Source: Balanoglossus misakiensis (taxonomy: Eukaryota > Animalia > Hemichordata). Taken from it: 64,000 bases of DNA. The stretch lies in assembly GCA_040954595.2 (NCBI GenBank), contig CM082592.2, positions 1 to 64,000 on the forward strand, written 5' to 3'. The notes below the pieces were generated by a model. That model was not told where the DNA came from. It worked only from the letters and a program-made list of their open reading frames with translations, and made no database searches. Below are positions 12,901 through 26,400 of this stretch, piece after piece; the first letter of the stretch is position 1, and the number at the start of each line of letters is the position of its first letter. Both the position numbers and the translations under genes were made by a program.

Positions 12901-15900
12901 TTATGTTATGTTCAAAGAAAGGTTTTAGAATGATTTAACAGTTTTCCAAAGGCTTAAATAGGGGTGTAAATATAAAAAAATTGCTTGTTAAATCATTTCA
13001 GTTAAACATACGCTTTGTGAATATGACATTGATTCTATTAGGTATCAAACATTTTTTGTGAAAAATTAAAGCGTGTTATAGAAAAAAATTTCAAAAAGGT
13101 TTTTAAAAATGATCCCACATTGTTTTTTAGCCTGAATAAGTGGTTTTGAATTTAAAATGCTTATTGAATCGTTTTTATTTAATACATGCGATAAGAAACT
13201 AATAACGTTTTTAGTATCGTTTTGAGCAGTTTTCTTGCCAAATAATGTTTTTTTGTAATACATTCAAAAGAGACTTTAGAATGATAAGCAAAACATTTAT
13301 ATTGCTTATTAAATCATTTTCATATTAAAAACTTAATTTTGGCTTATTTGATTTTTATTCAATACATATAGGAATCAAAACATCTATTTTATATAAGTTT
13401 TTGGAGTTTATTATATTTTCAGATGAAAATAATTCGCAAGCCTAAAAATATTGGGTGTTTTTGAATTTGAAATCAGTATCTAATAATTTCTATTTAAAAG
13501 TGCGTTATGGACCAAATATCGTTTTAGTATTGCATTTAAAGTTTTTGTGCACAAATTAATGGTTATTTAGTAGCATATTCAAAGAAATGATTTAGAATGA
13601 AAGTGTTCTGAAGCCTTTAATCATGTTGCATTCATGTTGAAATCGCTTGTTAAAACATTTTCATTTGAAGTAAACAATGTGAATAAAAACGATTTTATAC
13701 CGTAATTTAACCCTTTAAGTGAAAAATAATGCGTTTTATATCAAATTTCAAAGACGGGTTAAATAATGATCTCAGGGTGCTTTTTATGCCTAAATAAGTT
13801 TGTATTTAACTTTAAAATGCTTTACGGATCATTTTTATTTAAAACCTGAAATATGGAACAAGCATTGTTTTAGTATCGTTTTGAACAGTTTTCATTCCCA
13901 AATAATTAGTTTTTTATCATATATACAAAGAAAGGTTTAAGAATTATATATTACTGTATTAGAGTTTTAAATATGCGTGTATTTATGTATCGATTGTTTA
14001 TTTAATCATATTTTTTTAAAATATACAATGTGCATATAACATCATTTTATACCGTATTAAATAGTTTTTTTTTACCAAATGTTCTAACAGTGTTTACATG
14101 CCTAAATTAGTGTTTTGAAATGTTTTTTGTCTTTTTAAATATAAAAAAGCAATATGGAACATACATCGTTTTTTATGTCGTATTGAGAAGTTTTCGTGCC
14201 AAAATATTGTGTTTAAGTAATACTTTCAATGAAAGTTTTTGAATGATTATAAAGTGTTTAAAAGCCTTAAATCGAGAGAAAAATTTTAAAAGGAATTTAG
14301 AATGTTTATAATCCTAAATAAGATTGTGTTTGAGTTAAATGTGCACGATGAAGTTTTTGGGCCCGAATAAAGGATGGTTTTATGTTATGTTCAAAGAAAG
14401 GTTAGAATGATTTAACAGTTTTCCAAAGGCTTAAATAGGGGTGTAAATATAAAAAAATTGCTTGTTAAATCATTTCAGTTAAACATACGCTTTGTGAATA
14501 TGACATTGATTCTATTAGGTATCAAACATTTTTTGTGAAAAATTAAAGCGTGTTATAGAAAAAAATTTCAAAAAGGTTTTTAAAAATGATCCCACATTGT
14601 TTTTTAGCCTGAATAAGTGGTTTTGAATTTAAAATGCTTATTGAATCGTTTTTATTTAATACATGCGATAAGAAACTAATAACGTTTTTAGTATCGTTTT
14701 GAGCAGTTTTCTTGCCAAATAATGTTTTTTTGTAATACATTCAAAAGAGACTTTAGAATGATAAGCAAAACATTTATATTGCTTATTAAATCATTTTCAT
14801 ATTAAAAACTTAATTTTGGCTTATTTGATTTTTATTCAATACATATAGGAATCAAAACATCTATTTTATATAAGTTTTTGGAGTTTATCATATTTTCAGA
14901 TGAAAATAATTCGCAAGCCTAAAAATATTGAGTGTTTTTGAATTTGAAATCAGTATCTAATAATTTCTATTTAAAAGTGCGTTATGGACCAAATATCGTT
15001 TTAGTATTGCATTTAAAGTTTTTGTGCACAAATTAATGGTTATTTAGTAGCATATTCAAAGAAATGATTTAGAATGAAAGTGTTCTGAAGCCTTTAATCA
15101 TGTTGCATTCATGTTAAAATCGCTTGTTAAAACATTTTCATTTGAAGAAAACAATGTGAATAAAAACGATTTTATTCCTAATTAAACCCTTTAAGTGAAA
15201 AATAATGCGTTTCATATCAAATTCCTAAGACGGGTTAAATAAAGATCTCAGGGTGCTTTTTATGCCTGAACAAGTTTGTATTTAACTTTAAAATGCTTTA
15301 CGGATCATTTTTATTTAAAACCTGATATGGAACAAGCATTGTTTTAGTGTCGTTTTAAACAGTTTTCATTCCCAAATAATTAGTTTTTTATCATATATAC
15401 AAAGAAAGGTTTAAGAATTATATATTACTGTATTAGAGCTTTAAATATGCGTGTATTTATGTATCGATTGTTTATTTAATCATATTTTTTTCAAAATATA
15501 CAATGTGCATATAATATCATTTTATAGCGTATTAAATAGTTTTTTTATCAAATGTTCTAACAGTGTTTACATGCCTAAATTAGTGTTTTGAAATGTTTCT
15601 TGTCTTTTTAGATATAAAAAAGCAATATGGAACAAACATTGTTTTTTATGTCGTATTGAAAAGTTATATAAAGTGTTTAAAAGTCTTTAATCGAGAGAAA
15701 AATTTTAAAAGGAATTTAGAATGTTTATTATCCTAAATAAGGCCGTGTTTGAGTTAAATGTGCGATATGAAGTTTTTGGGCCCGAATAAAGGATGGTTTT
15801 ATGTTATGTTCAAAGAAAGGTTTTAGAACGATTTAACAGTTTTCCAAAGGCTTAAAAAGGGGTGTAAATATATAGAAATTGCTTGTTAAATAATTTCCGT

Positions 15901-16900
15901 TAAACTTACGCTTTGTGAATAAGACATTGATTCTATAAGGTATTAAACATTTTTTGTGAAAAATTAAAGCGTGTTATAGAAAAAAAATTAAAAAAAGGTT
16001 TTTAAAAAATGATCCCACATTGTTTTTTGGCATAAATAAGTGGTTTTGAATTTAAAATGCTTATTGAATCGTTTTTATTTAATACATGCGATATGAAACT
16101 AATAACGTTTTTAATATCGTTTTGAGCAGTTTTCTTGCCAAATAATGTTTTTTTTGTAATACATTCAAAAGAGACTTTAGAATGATAAGCAAAACATTTA
16201 TATTGCTTATTAAATCATTTTCATATCAAAAACTTAATTTTGGCTTATTTGATTTTATTCAATACATATAGGAATCAAAACATCTATTTTATATCAGTTT
16301 TTGGAGTTAATTATATTTTCAGATGAAAATAATTCGCAAGCCTAAAAATATTGGGTGTTTTTGAGTTTGAAATCAGTATCTAATAATTTTTATTTAAAAG
16401 TGCGTTATGGACCAAATATCGTTTTGGTATTGTATTTAAAGATTTCGAATAATTTTAAAGTGTTCTGAAGCATTTAATCATTGTGTATTTATGTTGAAAT
16501 CGCTTGTTAAATCATTTTCATTTGAAATAAACAATGTGTGACAAAGTCTCCCTTGGAAGAGTTTTTACTCTCATATCACACAAGCGAGATGGGTGTCGGT
16601 AAATGTTGATTCTCTATATATCCACAAGGGGTGTTTATATTTTCGAAAACAAAGTTAATGTTTTAAGCCTAAAAATAGTTTTTTTTTAATTGGAAATGAT
16701 AAATGAGTCATTTTTAATTCATACTTGGAATATAGAATAATCATCATATTTGCACCCAAATAATGAGTTTTAAATAATATTTTCAAAAAGATGATTCATA
16801 TTGATTTCCATTGTTTTGAATCCTTAATAAATAAATATTATTAATTAGCTGTCAGAGAATTTGTAGGAGTTTGTATTATTGACAGAAGTGAGTTCTTATA
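9936..16900 (-). repeat. Satellite C, reverse orientation, about 4.6 units of 1.42-1.48 kb
   Basis: Marker atcgagagaaaa at ~9948, 11370, 12792, 14271 and 15690; identical spurious ORFs at 13066 and 14543. Confidence 0.93.
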
Positions 16901-19900
16901 TGGTCAGGATCTTTGTTCGTGTATAAAAATTGCAGGTTTTGGTTCGGAATAGCGTAAAAGCGTTTTAAATTAGTTTGGGTAACAGCAGTACGAGTTTGGA
17001 TTTTTGTTACATTAAGAGTTATTTGGGTGGCCTTCGAGTATTGATAACAGGCTTGGGCAATGTAAGGGCTAGGGTCAATTTTGATTTGGTTTGGGATAAT
17101 TGAGTTATGATAGGTTGGGTGACTGCCAGGATTTAAATTTGTGGTGGGGCTAGTGCGGCTTTGGGGATGTAGGTCGGGGTGCTGATAGGAGTGCGTGGGA
17201 ATAGGTTGGGGTAAAGTTGTGTGGTAGTGGTGATAGCTGACAAGGTCGCGAGCCTTAGTTTAAGTTTGGAGTTGGATCGGTGATTGTTGTTTGAGTAATA
17301 ACGTATTTTTTAAGAGTACAATTCTGGGATTGACTTCGGGTCGAGGTTTTAGGTAAGATGTGGATTGTGTCGGTTTAAATTGGGGTCCCAGTAAGGATTA
17401 GGTTTCGGGATGAGTGTGGAAGGATGATATACGGATGATAGATGGGATCAAATCATTGGGCGTGCATTTGCTACAAATGGTAGGTATTGGTTCGTAATAG
17501 AGTCTTGGTGTTGTATATTCAGTGGTATGAGTTTGGTTTAGGCCAATCTTTAAGTTAAATATTATTTGGGTTACCACCGTTGAGAATTGATGCATTGATG
17601 CATTGATGATAAGTGGGGCAAGAATGATTGAGTTTGGTTTGTTTGGGCTATGATAGGTTGAGTGATGGCTAGGATTTGTGGTGGGAATAAGGTGTGGTCA
17701 CGTAAGAGATTGAGGCATTATAGGGTCTGGTGCGGCTTTGGTGAACGAGGCAAGGGTGGTGATGAGGGTGCGAGTAGGAGTATGTTCGGGTAAAGTTGGG
17801 TGTAAGTGGTGGTGGGTGATAGCTGACAAGGTCGTGTGAGTTAGTTTAAGTTTTGAGTTGGATCGATGATTGGTGTTTGAGCAATAAGGTATTTTTTGAG
17901 AATACAACACTGGGATTGACTTCGGGGAGAGGTTTGACGTACGAATGGGATTGGGTCATTGGTTTAAGGTGGGGTTCCGTAAGGATTAGGTTTTTGGATG
18001 AGTGTAGATGAATGATATATGGGTGATAGATGGGATGGGTGATAGATGAATATTTGAAGGGATTAAATCTTTGGTCGCCTATTTTCTACAAATGGTAAGT
18101 TTTGGTTCGTGAAAAAGAGTCCTGATGTATTGTTGGAGTGGCAGTGGTATGAGTTAAGTGTTATTTAGTTGGCCGTCGGGTATTGATCGTAGGCTTAGGC
18201 TAGGGTCAATTTTGATTTGGTTTGGATTGTTTTGGCATAATAGGTTGGGAGACTGCCAGGATTTTAATTTGTGGTTGGTGTAAGGTCTGGTGTAAGAGAT
18301 GGTGCGGTTTTGGTGAAGGAGGCCAGGGTGGTGATGGGAGTGCGAGTGTGAATAGGTTTGGGTAAAGTTGGGTGGGAGTGCTGACGGGGTGGTGAGTGGT
18401 AGCTGATTTAGTTTAACATTATAGTTTGATAGGTGATTGGTGTTTGAGTAATATGAATTTTTTTGATAGTATAATTCTTGCATTGACTTCGGGGTGATGT
18501 TTGAGGTACGAAGTTGATTGGGTTATCGGATTAGGGTGGGGCCCCAGTAAGGATTAAGTTTCGGGATGAGTGTGGAATGATGATATATGGGATAAAATCT
18601 TTGGTCGTGTATTTGCTACAAATGGTAGGTATTGGTTCGTAATAGAGTCTTGGTGTTGTTTATTTCGGGTGGCAGTGGTATGAGTTTGGTTTATGCCAAT
18701 CATTAAGTTAAGTGTTATTTGGGTTACCACCGTTGAGCATTGATGGCTTGGTTGATGATAAGTGGGACAAGAATGATTGAGTTTGGTTTGTTTGGGCTAT
18801 GATATGTTGAGTGATGGCTAGGATTTGTGGTGGGAATAAGGTGTGGTCACTTAAGAGATTGAGGCATTATAGGGTCTGGTGCGGTTTTGGTGAAGGAGGC
18901 CAGGGTGGTGATGAGGGTACGAGTAGGAGTATGTTCGGGTAAAGTTGGATGTGAGTGGTGTTGGGGTGGTGGGTGATAGCTGACAAGGACGTGTGAGTTA
19001 GTTTAAGTTAAGAGTTGGATCGATGATTGGTGTTTGAGCAATAAGGTATTTTTTGAGAGTACAATACTGGGATTGACTTCGAGGAGAGGTTTGAGGTACG
19101 AATGGGATTGGGTTATTGGTTTAAGGTGGGGTTCCAGTAAGGATTTGGTTTTAGGATGAGTGTGGATGAATGATATATGGGTGATAGATGGGATGGGTGA
19201 TAGATGAATATTTGAAGGAATTAAATCGTTGGTCGTCTATTTTCTACAAATGGTTTGTAAAAAAGGAGTCCTGATGTATTGTTGGAGTGGCAGCGGTATG
19301 AGTTAAGTGTTATTTGGTTGGCCGTCGGGTATTGATGGTAGGCTTAGGGTAGGGTCAATTTTGATTTGGTTTGGATTGTTTTGGCATAATAGGTTGGGTG
19401 ACTGCCAGGATTTAAAGGTGTGGTGTAAGAGATGGTGCGGTTTTGGTGAAGGAGGCCAGGGTGGTGATGGGAGTGCGAGTGTGAATAGGTTTGGGTAAAG
19501 TTGGGTGGGAGTGGTGACGGGGTGGTGAGTGGTAGCTGAGTTAGTTTAACATTATAGTTTGATAGGTGATTGGTGTTTGAGTAATAAGAATTTTTTTGAT
19601 AGTATAATTCTTGCATTGACTTCGGGGTGATGTTTGAGGTACGAAGTTGATTGGGTTATCGGATTATGGTGGGGCCCCAGTAAGGATTAAGTTTCGGGAT
19701 GAGTGTGGAATGATGATATATGGATGATAGATGGGATCAAATCTTTGGTCGTGTATTTGCTACAAATGGTAGGTATTGGTTCGTAATAGAGTCTTGGTGT
19801 TGTAAATTTAGGGTGGCAGTGGTTTGAGTTTGGTTTAAGCCAATCTTTAAGTTAAGTGTTATTAGGGTTACCACCGTTGAGCATTGATGGCTTGGCTGAT

Positions 19901-22610
19901 GATAAGTGGGGCAAGAATGATTGAGTTTGCTTTGTTTGGGCTATGATAGGTTGAGTGATGGCTAGGATTTGTGGTGGGAATAAGGTGTGGTCACGTAAGA
20001 GATTGAGGCATTATAGGGTCTGGTGCGGTTTTGGTGAAGGAGGCCAGGGTGGTGATGATGGTACGAGTAGGAGTATGTTCGGGTAAAGTTGGATGTGAGT
20101 GGTGTTGGGGTGGTGGGTGATAGCTGACAAGGTCGTGTGAGTTAGTTTAAGTTAAGAGTTGGATCGATGATTGGTGTTTGAGCAATAAGGTATTTTTTGA
20201 GAGTACAATACTGGGATTGACTTCGAGGAGAGGTTTGAGGTACGAATGGGATTGGGTTATTGGTTTAAGGTGGGGTTCCAGTAAGGATTTGGTTTTAGGA
20301 TGAGTGTGGATGAATGATATATGGGTGATAGATGGGATGGGTGATAGATGAATATTTGAAGGGATTAAATCTTTGGTCGTCTATTTTCTACAAATGGTTT
20401 GTAAAAAAGGAGTCCTGATGTATTGTTGGAGTGGCAGCGGTATGAGTTAAGTGTTATTTGGTTGGCCGTCGGGTATTGATGGGAGGCTTAGGGTAGGGTC
20501 AATTTTGATTTGGTTTGGATTGTTTTGGCATAATAGGTTGGGTGACTGCCAGGATTTAAAGGTGTGGTGTAAGAGATGGTGCGGTTTTGGTGAAGGAGGC
20601 CAGGGTGGTGATGGGAGTGCGAGTGTGAATAGGTTTGGGTAAAGTTGGGTGGGAGTGGTGACGGGTAGGTGAGTGGTAGCTGAGTTAGTTTAACATTATA
20701 GTTTGATAGGTGATTGGTGTTTGAGTAATAAGAATTTTTTTGATAATATAATTCTTGCATTGACTTCGGGGTGATGTTTGAGGTACGAAGTTGATTGGGT
20801 TATCGGATTATGGTGGGGCCCCAGTAAGGATTAAGTTTCGGGATGAGTGTGGAATGATGATATATGGATGATAGATGGGATCAAATCTTTGGTCGTGTAT
20901 TTGCTACAAATGGTAGGTATTGGTTCGTAATATCGTCTTGGTTTTGTATATTTGGGGTGGCAGTGGTATGAGTTTGGATTTATGCCAATCTTTAAGTTAT
21001 TTGGGTTGCCGTTGAGCATTGATAGCTTGGATGATGATAAGTGGGGCTAGGGTCAATTTTGATTGGGGTTGGGTTGTTTGGGCTATGATAGGTTGGGTGA
21101 TGGCTAGGATTTGTGGTGGGTGTAAGGTGTGGAGTAAAAGATGGAGGCATTATGTGGTCTGGTGCGGTTTTGGTGAAGGAGGCCAGGGTGATGATGGGGG
21201 AACGAGTGGGAATAGGCTGGGGTGAAGTTGGGTGGGAGTAGTGACGGGATGGTGAAAGTGTAAGTTTGGAATTGGATCGATGATTGGTGTTTGAGTAATA
21301 AAGTATTTTTTGAGAGTACAATTCTGGGACTGACTTCGGGGTGAGGTTTTGAGGTACGAAGGGGATTGGGTCATGGGATTAATGTGGGGTCCCAGTAAGG
21401 ATTAGGTTTCGGGATGAGTGTGGATGAATGATATATGGGTGATAGATGGGATGGGTGATAGATGAATATTTGAAGAGATTGAATCTTTGGTCGTCGATTT
21501 TCTACAAATGGTTTGTAAAAAAGAGTCCTGATGTATTGTTGGAGTGGCAGCGGTATGAGTTAAGTGTTATTTGGTTGGCCGTCGGGTATTGATGGTAGGC
21601 TTGGGCTAGGGTCAATTTTGATTTGGTTTGGATTGTTTAGGCATAATAGGTTGGGTGACTGCCAGGATTTAAATTTGTGGTTGGTGTAAGGTGTGGTGTA
21701 AGAGATGGTGCGGTTTTGGTGAAGGAGGCCAGGGTGGTGATGGGAGTGCGAGTGGGAATAGGTTTGGGTAAAGTTGGGTGGGAGTGGTGACGGGGTGGTG
21801 ATGGTAGCTGACTAGGTCGTGAGAGTTAGTTTAACTTTATAGTTTGATAGGTGATTGGTGTTTGAGTAATATGAATTTTTTTGATAGTATAATTCTTGCA
21901 TTGACTTCGGGGTGATGTTTGAGGTGCGAAGTTGATTGGGTTATCGGATTAGGGTGGGGCCACAGTAAGGATTAGGTTTCGGCATGAGTGTGGAAGGATG
22001 ATATATGGATGATAGATGGGATCAAATCTTTGGTCGTGTATTTGCTACAAATGGTAGGTATTGGTTCGTAATATCGTCTTGGTTTTGTATATTTGGGGTG
22101 GCAGTGGTATGAGTTTGGATTTATGCCAATCTTTAAGTTATTTGGGTTGCCGTTGAGCATTGATAGCTTGGATGATGATAAGTGGGGCTAGGGTCAATTT
22201 TGATTGGGTTTGGGTTGTTTGGGCTATGATAGGTTGGGTGATGGTTAGGATTTGTGGTGGGTGTAAGGTGTGGAGTAAAAGATGGAGGCATTATGTGGTC
22301 TGGTGCGGTTTTGGTGAAGGAGGCCAGGGTGATGATGGGGGAACGAGTGGGAATAGGCTGGGGTGAAGTTGGGTGGGAGTAGTGACGGGATGGTGAAAGT
22401 GTAAGTTTGGAATTGGATCGATGATTGGTGTTTGAGTAATAAAGTATCTTTTGAGAGTACAATTCTGGGACTGACTTCGGGGTGAGGTTTTGAGGTACGA
22501 AGGGGATTGGGTCATGGGATTAATGTGGGGTCCCAGTAAGGATTAGGTTTCGGGATGAGTGTGGATGAATGATCTATGGATGATAGATGGGATGGGTGAT
22601 AGATGAATAT
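16900..22610 (-). repeat. Satellite B, proximal array, about 10 monomers of ~545-600 bp in ~1.14-kb dimers (G/T-rich on +)
   Basis: gtaaggatt marker recurs at ~17391, 17979, 18547, 19137, 19680, 20281, 20825, 21395, 21965 and 22536; ORF pairs offset by 1144 and 1141 bp. Confidence 0.93.
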
Positions 22611-22851
22611 TAGGATGGTTCAAAGATGGATGGTAACAGATGGATGTATAAATGATGGATGAATGACAGATGGATTTAACTTAATTTGATTGTTTAATAT
22701 AATGTATTTTAATTAATTTGTTTTGTTTTGATTTAATTTGATTTTTATTTGATTTAATTTAATATAATTTATTTTACTCTAATTTAATTTTATAACATTA
22801 ATATGATTTCGATTTAATTTAATTTCATTTATTTCAATTTGATTTGATTTG
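22611..22851. repeat. Low-complexity (GATG)n-like tract followed by an (ATTTA/ATTTG)n tract
   Basis: Degenerate gatgga and atttaatttgattt runs. Confidence 0.75.
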
Positions 22852-22914
22852 AGTGCTATTCCTTTTATTAAATGAACACACGTACACAATAGGTGAATCG
22901 GCTCAATGGGCAAC

Positions 22915-23292
22915 AATTTTAATGAACTGAAGAAAGAAGAAATTGTACATCGAAGTGAAAGGCTTCCCTAAGGTCACAAAATTTCGTGTATAAAGACTCC
23001 ATTGTGTGCTCAATCATCCCAAACGCCAGGGGTCTAACTGCTCTGGATGCTGAGATATGGGAAAGTAAGTCAAAGGTCACCCAAAATTGGGGCATAAAAT
23101 TTTGACCCCATGGTGGGCCTCCAACCAAAACCAGACCTCCAGCCCTATCATGTGACTAATTAAATATTTACGAGCCACTGCAATCATTGGTCCCTATCAC
23201 CCTACCAAGTTTCAGCCCCATAGGTTATGCGGTTTTCGAAATCCGGTCGAATTTTGGAGAATTATTAAAGCTGCAAGCAGCGCTGATCTGGA
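22915..23292. mobile_element. Non-satellite island, probable fragment of a non-autonomous interspersed element
   Basis: Higher-complexity sequence with gagatatgg...caaaggtcac and accaagtttca motifs recalled from marine animal non-autonomous (Helentron-associated) repeats; no TIR or TSD found. Confidence 0.35.
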
Positions 23293-23407
23293 ATTATTTA
23301 TGTACATTATGAATTATAGGAAACATAATGCTCTATCAGGTGTTTATCCCAGGCAAGGGTTATACAATACAAAAGCGATGTTATTTCCATATCGCATGTT
23401 TTTAATA

Positions 23408-26400
23408 TTTGACCCTTGACTCTCGATCTCTAACACTTTACCTTTGACCATTGACCAGCTGTCTGAACTATAACCCTTGAACCCCTTGACCCTCGATCTC
23501 CAACTCTTAAACCCTTGACCTTTGACCCTTGAACTCTAACATTTGACCCTTGAGTCTTGATCTCTAACCCTTGACCTTAGACCCTTGAAAACTAACCCTT
23601 GAACCCAAAACTCTTGACTCTTGAACCTGACCACTGACCCTGCTTGACCCATCAACTATAATCCTTGACCTTTGACCCTTGACCCCTTGACCCTCAATCT
23701 CCAACTCTTAAACTCTAACCATTGACCTTTGAACTCTAATCCTTGACCATTGAACTCCAACACTTGATCCTTGACCACTTGAACCTTGGACTCTAACCAT
23801 TGAACCTTTGACCCATGACCTCCAACCCATGACCCATGAGCTCTTACCCTTGACCCTTGAACTCTTACCTTGACCCTTGAACTCTTACCTTTGACATTTG
23901 ATCTCTAACCCTTGACCTATGACCTTTGAAATCTAACCTTTGACCCTTGAAACAAAACACTTGACCCTTAAACCCTAAACTTAACAACTGACCCATAATG
24001 CTTGACCCTTAAACCCTTGACCCTTAAACTATAACCCTTGAACGTCAACTGTTGACCCATCAACTATAATCCATGACCTTTGACCCTTGATCTCCAACTC
24101 TTGAACTCTAACCCCTGACCTTTGTCGCTTGAACTCTAACCCTTGGCTCGTGAACTCGAACCCTTTAACCCTTGACCCTTGAACTCGAACCCTTTAACTC
24201 TAACATTTGACCCTTGAACTCTAATCCTTGACATTTGATCTCTAACCCTTGACCTTTGATATTTAACCCTTGACCCTTGAAACAAAATTCTTGATCCTTA
24301 AACCCAAAACTTTACAACTGACCCTGAATGCTTGACCCTTAAACCCTTGACCCTAGAACCCTTGACCATTAAACTCTAACCCTTGAATGCCAACTGTTGA
24401 CCCATCAACAATAATCCTTGACCTTTGACCCTTGACCCCTTGATCTCCAACTCTTGAACTCTAACCCTTGACCTTTGACCCTTGAACTCAAATCCTTGGC
24501 TGGTGAACTCTAACCCTTGACCGTTGAACTCAAATCCTTGACCCTTGACCCCTTGAACTCTAACCCTTGATCCTTGTGCTCATAGCCTTGACCCTTGACC
24601 CCCTTGACCCTCGATCTCCAACTCTTGAACTCTAACCCTTGACCCTTGACCCCTTGAACTCTAACCCTTGATCCTTGACCCCTTGAACCTTGGACTCTAA
24701 CCATTGAACCTTTGACCCCTTGAACTCTAACCCTTGATCCTTGTGCTCATAGCCTTGACCCTTGACCCCATGACCCTCGATCTCCAACTCTTGAACTCTA
24801 ACTCTTGACCCCTTGAACCTTGGACTCTGGCCAGTGAACCTTTGACCCATGAACTCCAACCCTTGACCCATGTGCTCTTACCCTTGACCCTTAACTTTAC
24901 CCTTGACCCTTGAACTCTTACCCTTGACATTTGATCTCTAACCCTTGACCTTTGACCTTTGAAAAAAACTCTTGACCCTTAAACCCTAAACTTGACAACT
25001 GACCCTTAAACTCTAACCCTTGAACGTCAACTGTTGACCCATCAACTATAATCCTTGACCTTTGACCCTTGATCTCCAACTCGTGAACTCTAACCCTTGA
25101 ACTCAAATCCTTGACCCAGGACCCCTTGACCATTGAACTCTAACCCTTGATCCTTGACCCTTGAACCTTGGACTCTAACCCTTGACCCTCGATCTCCAAC
25201 TCTTGAACTCTAACCCTTGACCCTTGACCCTTGAGCTCTTACCCTTGACTCCTTGACCCCTTGACCGTCGATCTCCAACTCTTGAACTCTAACCCTTGAC
25301 CTTTGACCATTGAACTCTAACCCTTGACCCTTGAACTCTAACATTTGACCCTTGAACTCTTAACCTTGACTCTTGATCTCTAACCCTTGAACTCTAACCC
25401 TTGAACTCTAACATTTGACCCTTGAACTCTTACCCTTGACATTTGATCTATAACCCTCGACCTTTGAGCCTTGAAATCTAACCCTTGACCCTTGAAACTA
25501 AACTCTTGACCCTTAAACCCTAAACTTGATAACTGACCCTTAATGCTTGACCTTTAAACCCTTGACCCTAGAACCCTTGACCATTAAACTCTAACCCTTG
25601 AACGCCAACTGTTGACCCATCAACTATAATCCTTGACCTTTGCGCCTTGACCCCTTGAACTCTAACCCTTGACCTTTGACCCTTGAACCCAAATCATTGG
25701 CTCGTGAACTCTAACCCTTGACCGTTGAACTCAAATACTTGACCCTTGACCCCTTGAACTCTAACCCTTGATCCGTGTGCTCATACCCTTGACCCTCGAT
25801 CTCCAACTCTTAAACTCTAACCCTTGACCTTTGACCATTGAACTCATACCCTTGACCCTTGACCCCCTTGACCCTTGATCTCCAACTCTTGAACTCATAC
25901 CCCTGACCTTTGTTGCTTGAACTCTAACCCTTGGCTCGTGAACTCTAACCCTTGACCTTTGACCATTGAAATCTAACCCTTGAACCCAAAACCCTAACCC
26001 TTGACCATTAAACTCTAACCCTTGAACGCCAACTGTTGACCCATCCACTATAATCCTTGACCTTGACCCCTTGAACTCTAACCCTTGACCTTTGACCCTT
26101 GAACTCAAACCTTGGCTCGTGAACTCTAACCCTTGACCGTTGAACTCAAATCCTTGACCCTTGACCCTTTGAACTCTAACCCTTGATCCTTGTGCTCATA
26201 CCCTTGACCCTTGACCCCCTTGACCCTTGATCTCCAACTCTTGAACTCATACCCCTGACCTTTGTTGCTTGAACTCTAACCCTTGGCTCGTGAACTCTAA
26301 CCCTTGACCTTTGACCATTGAAATCTAACCCTTGAACCCAAAACCCTAACCCTTGACCATTAAACTCTAACCCTTGAACGCCAACTGTTGACCCATCAAC

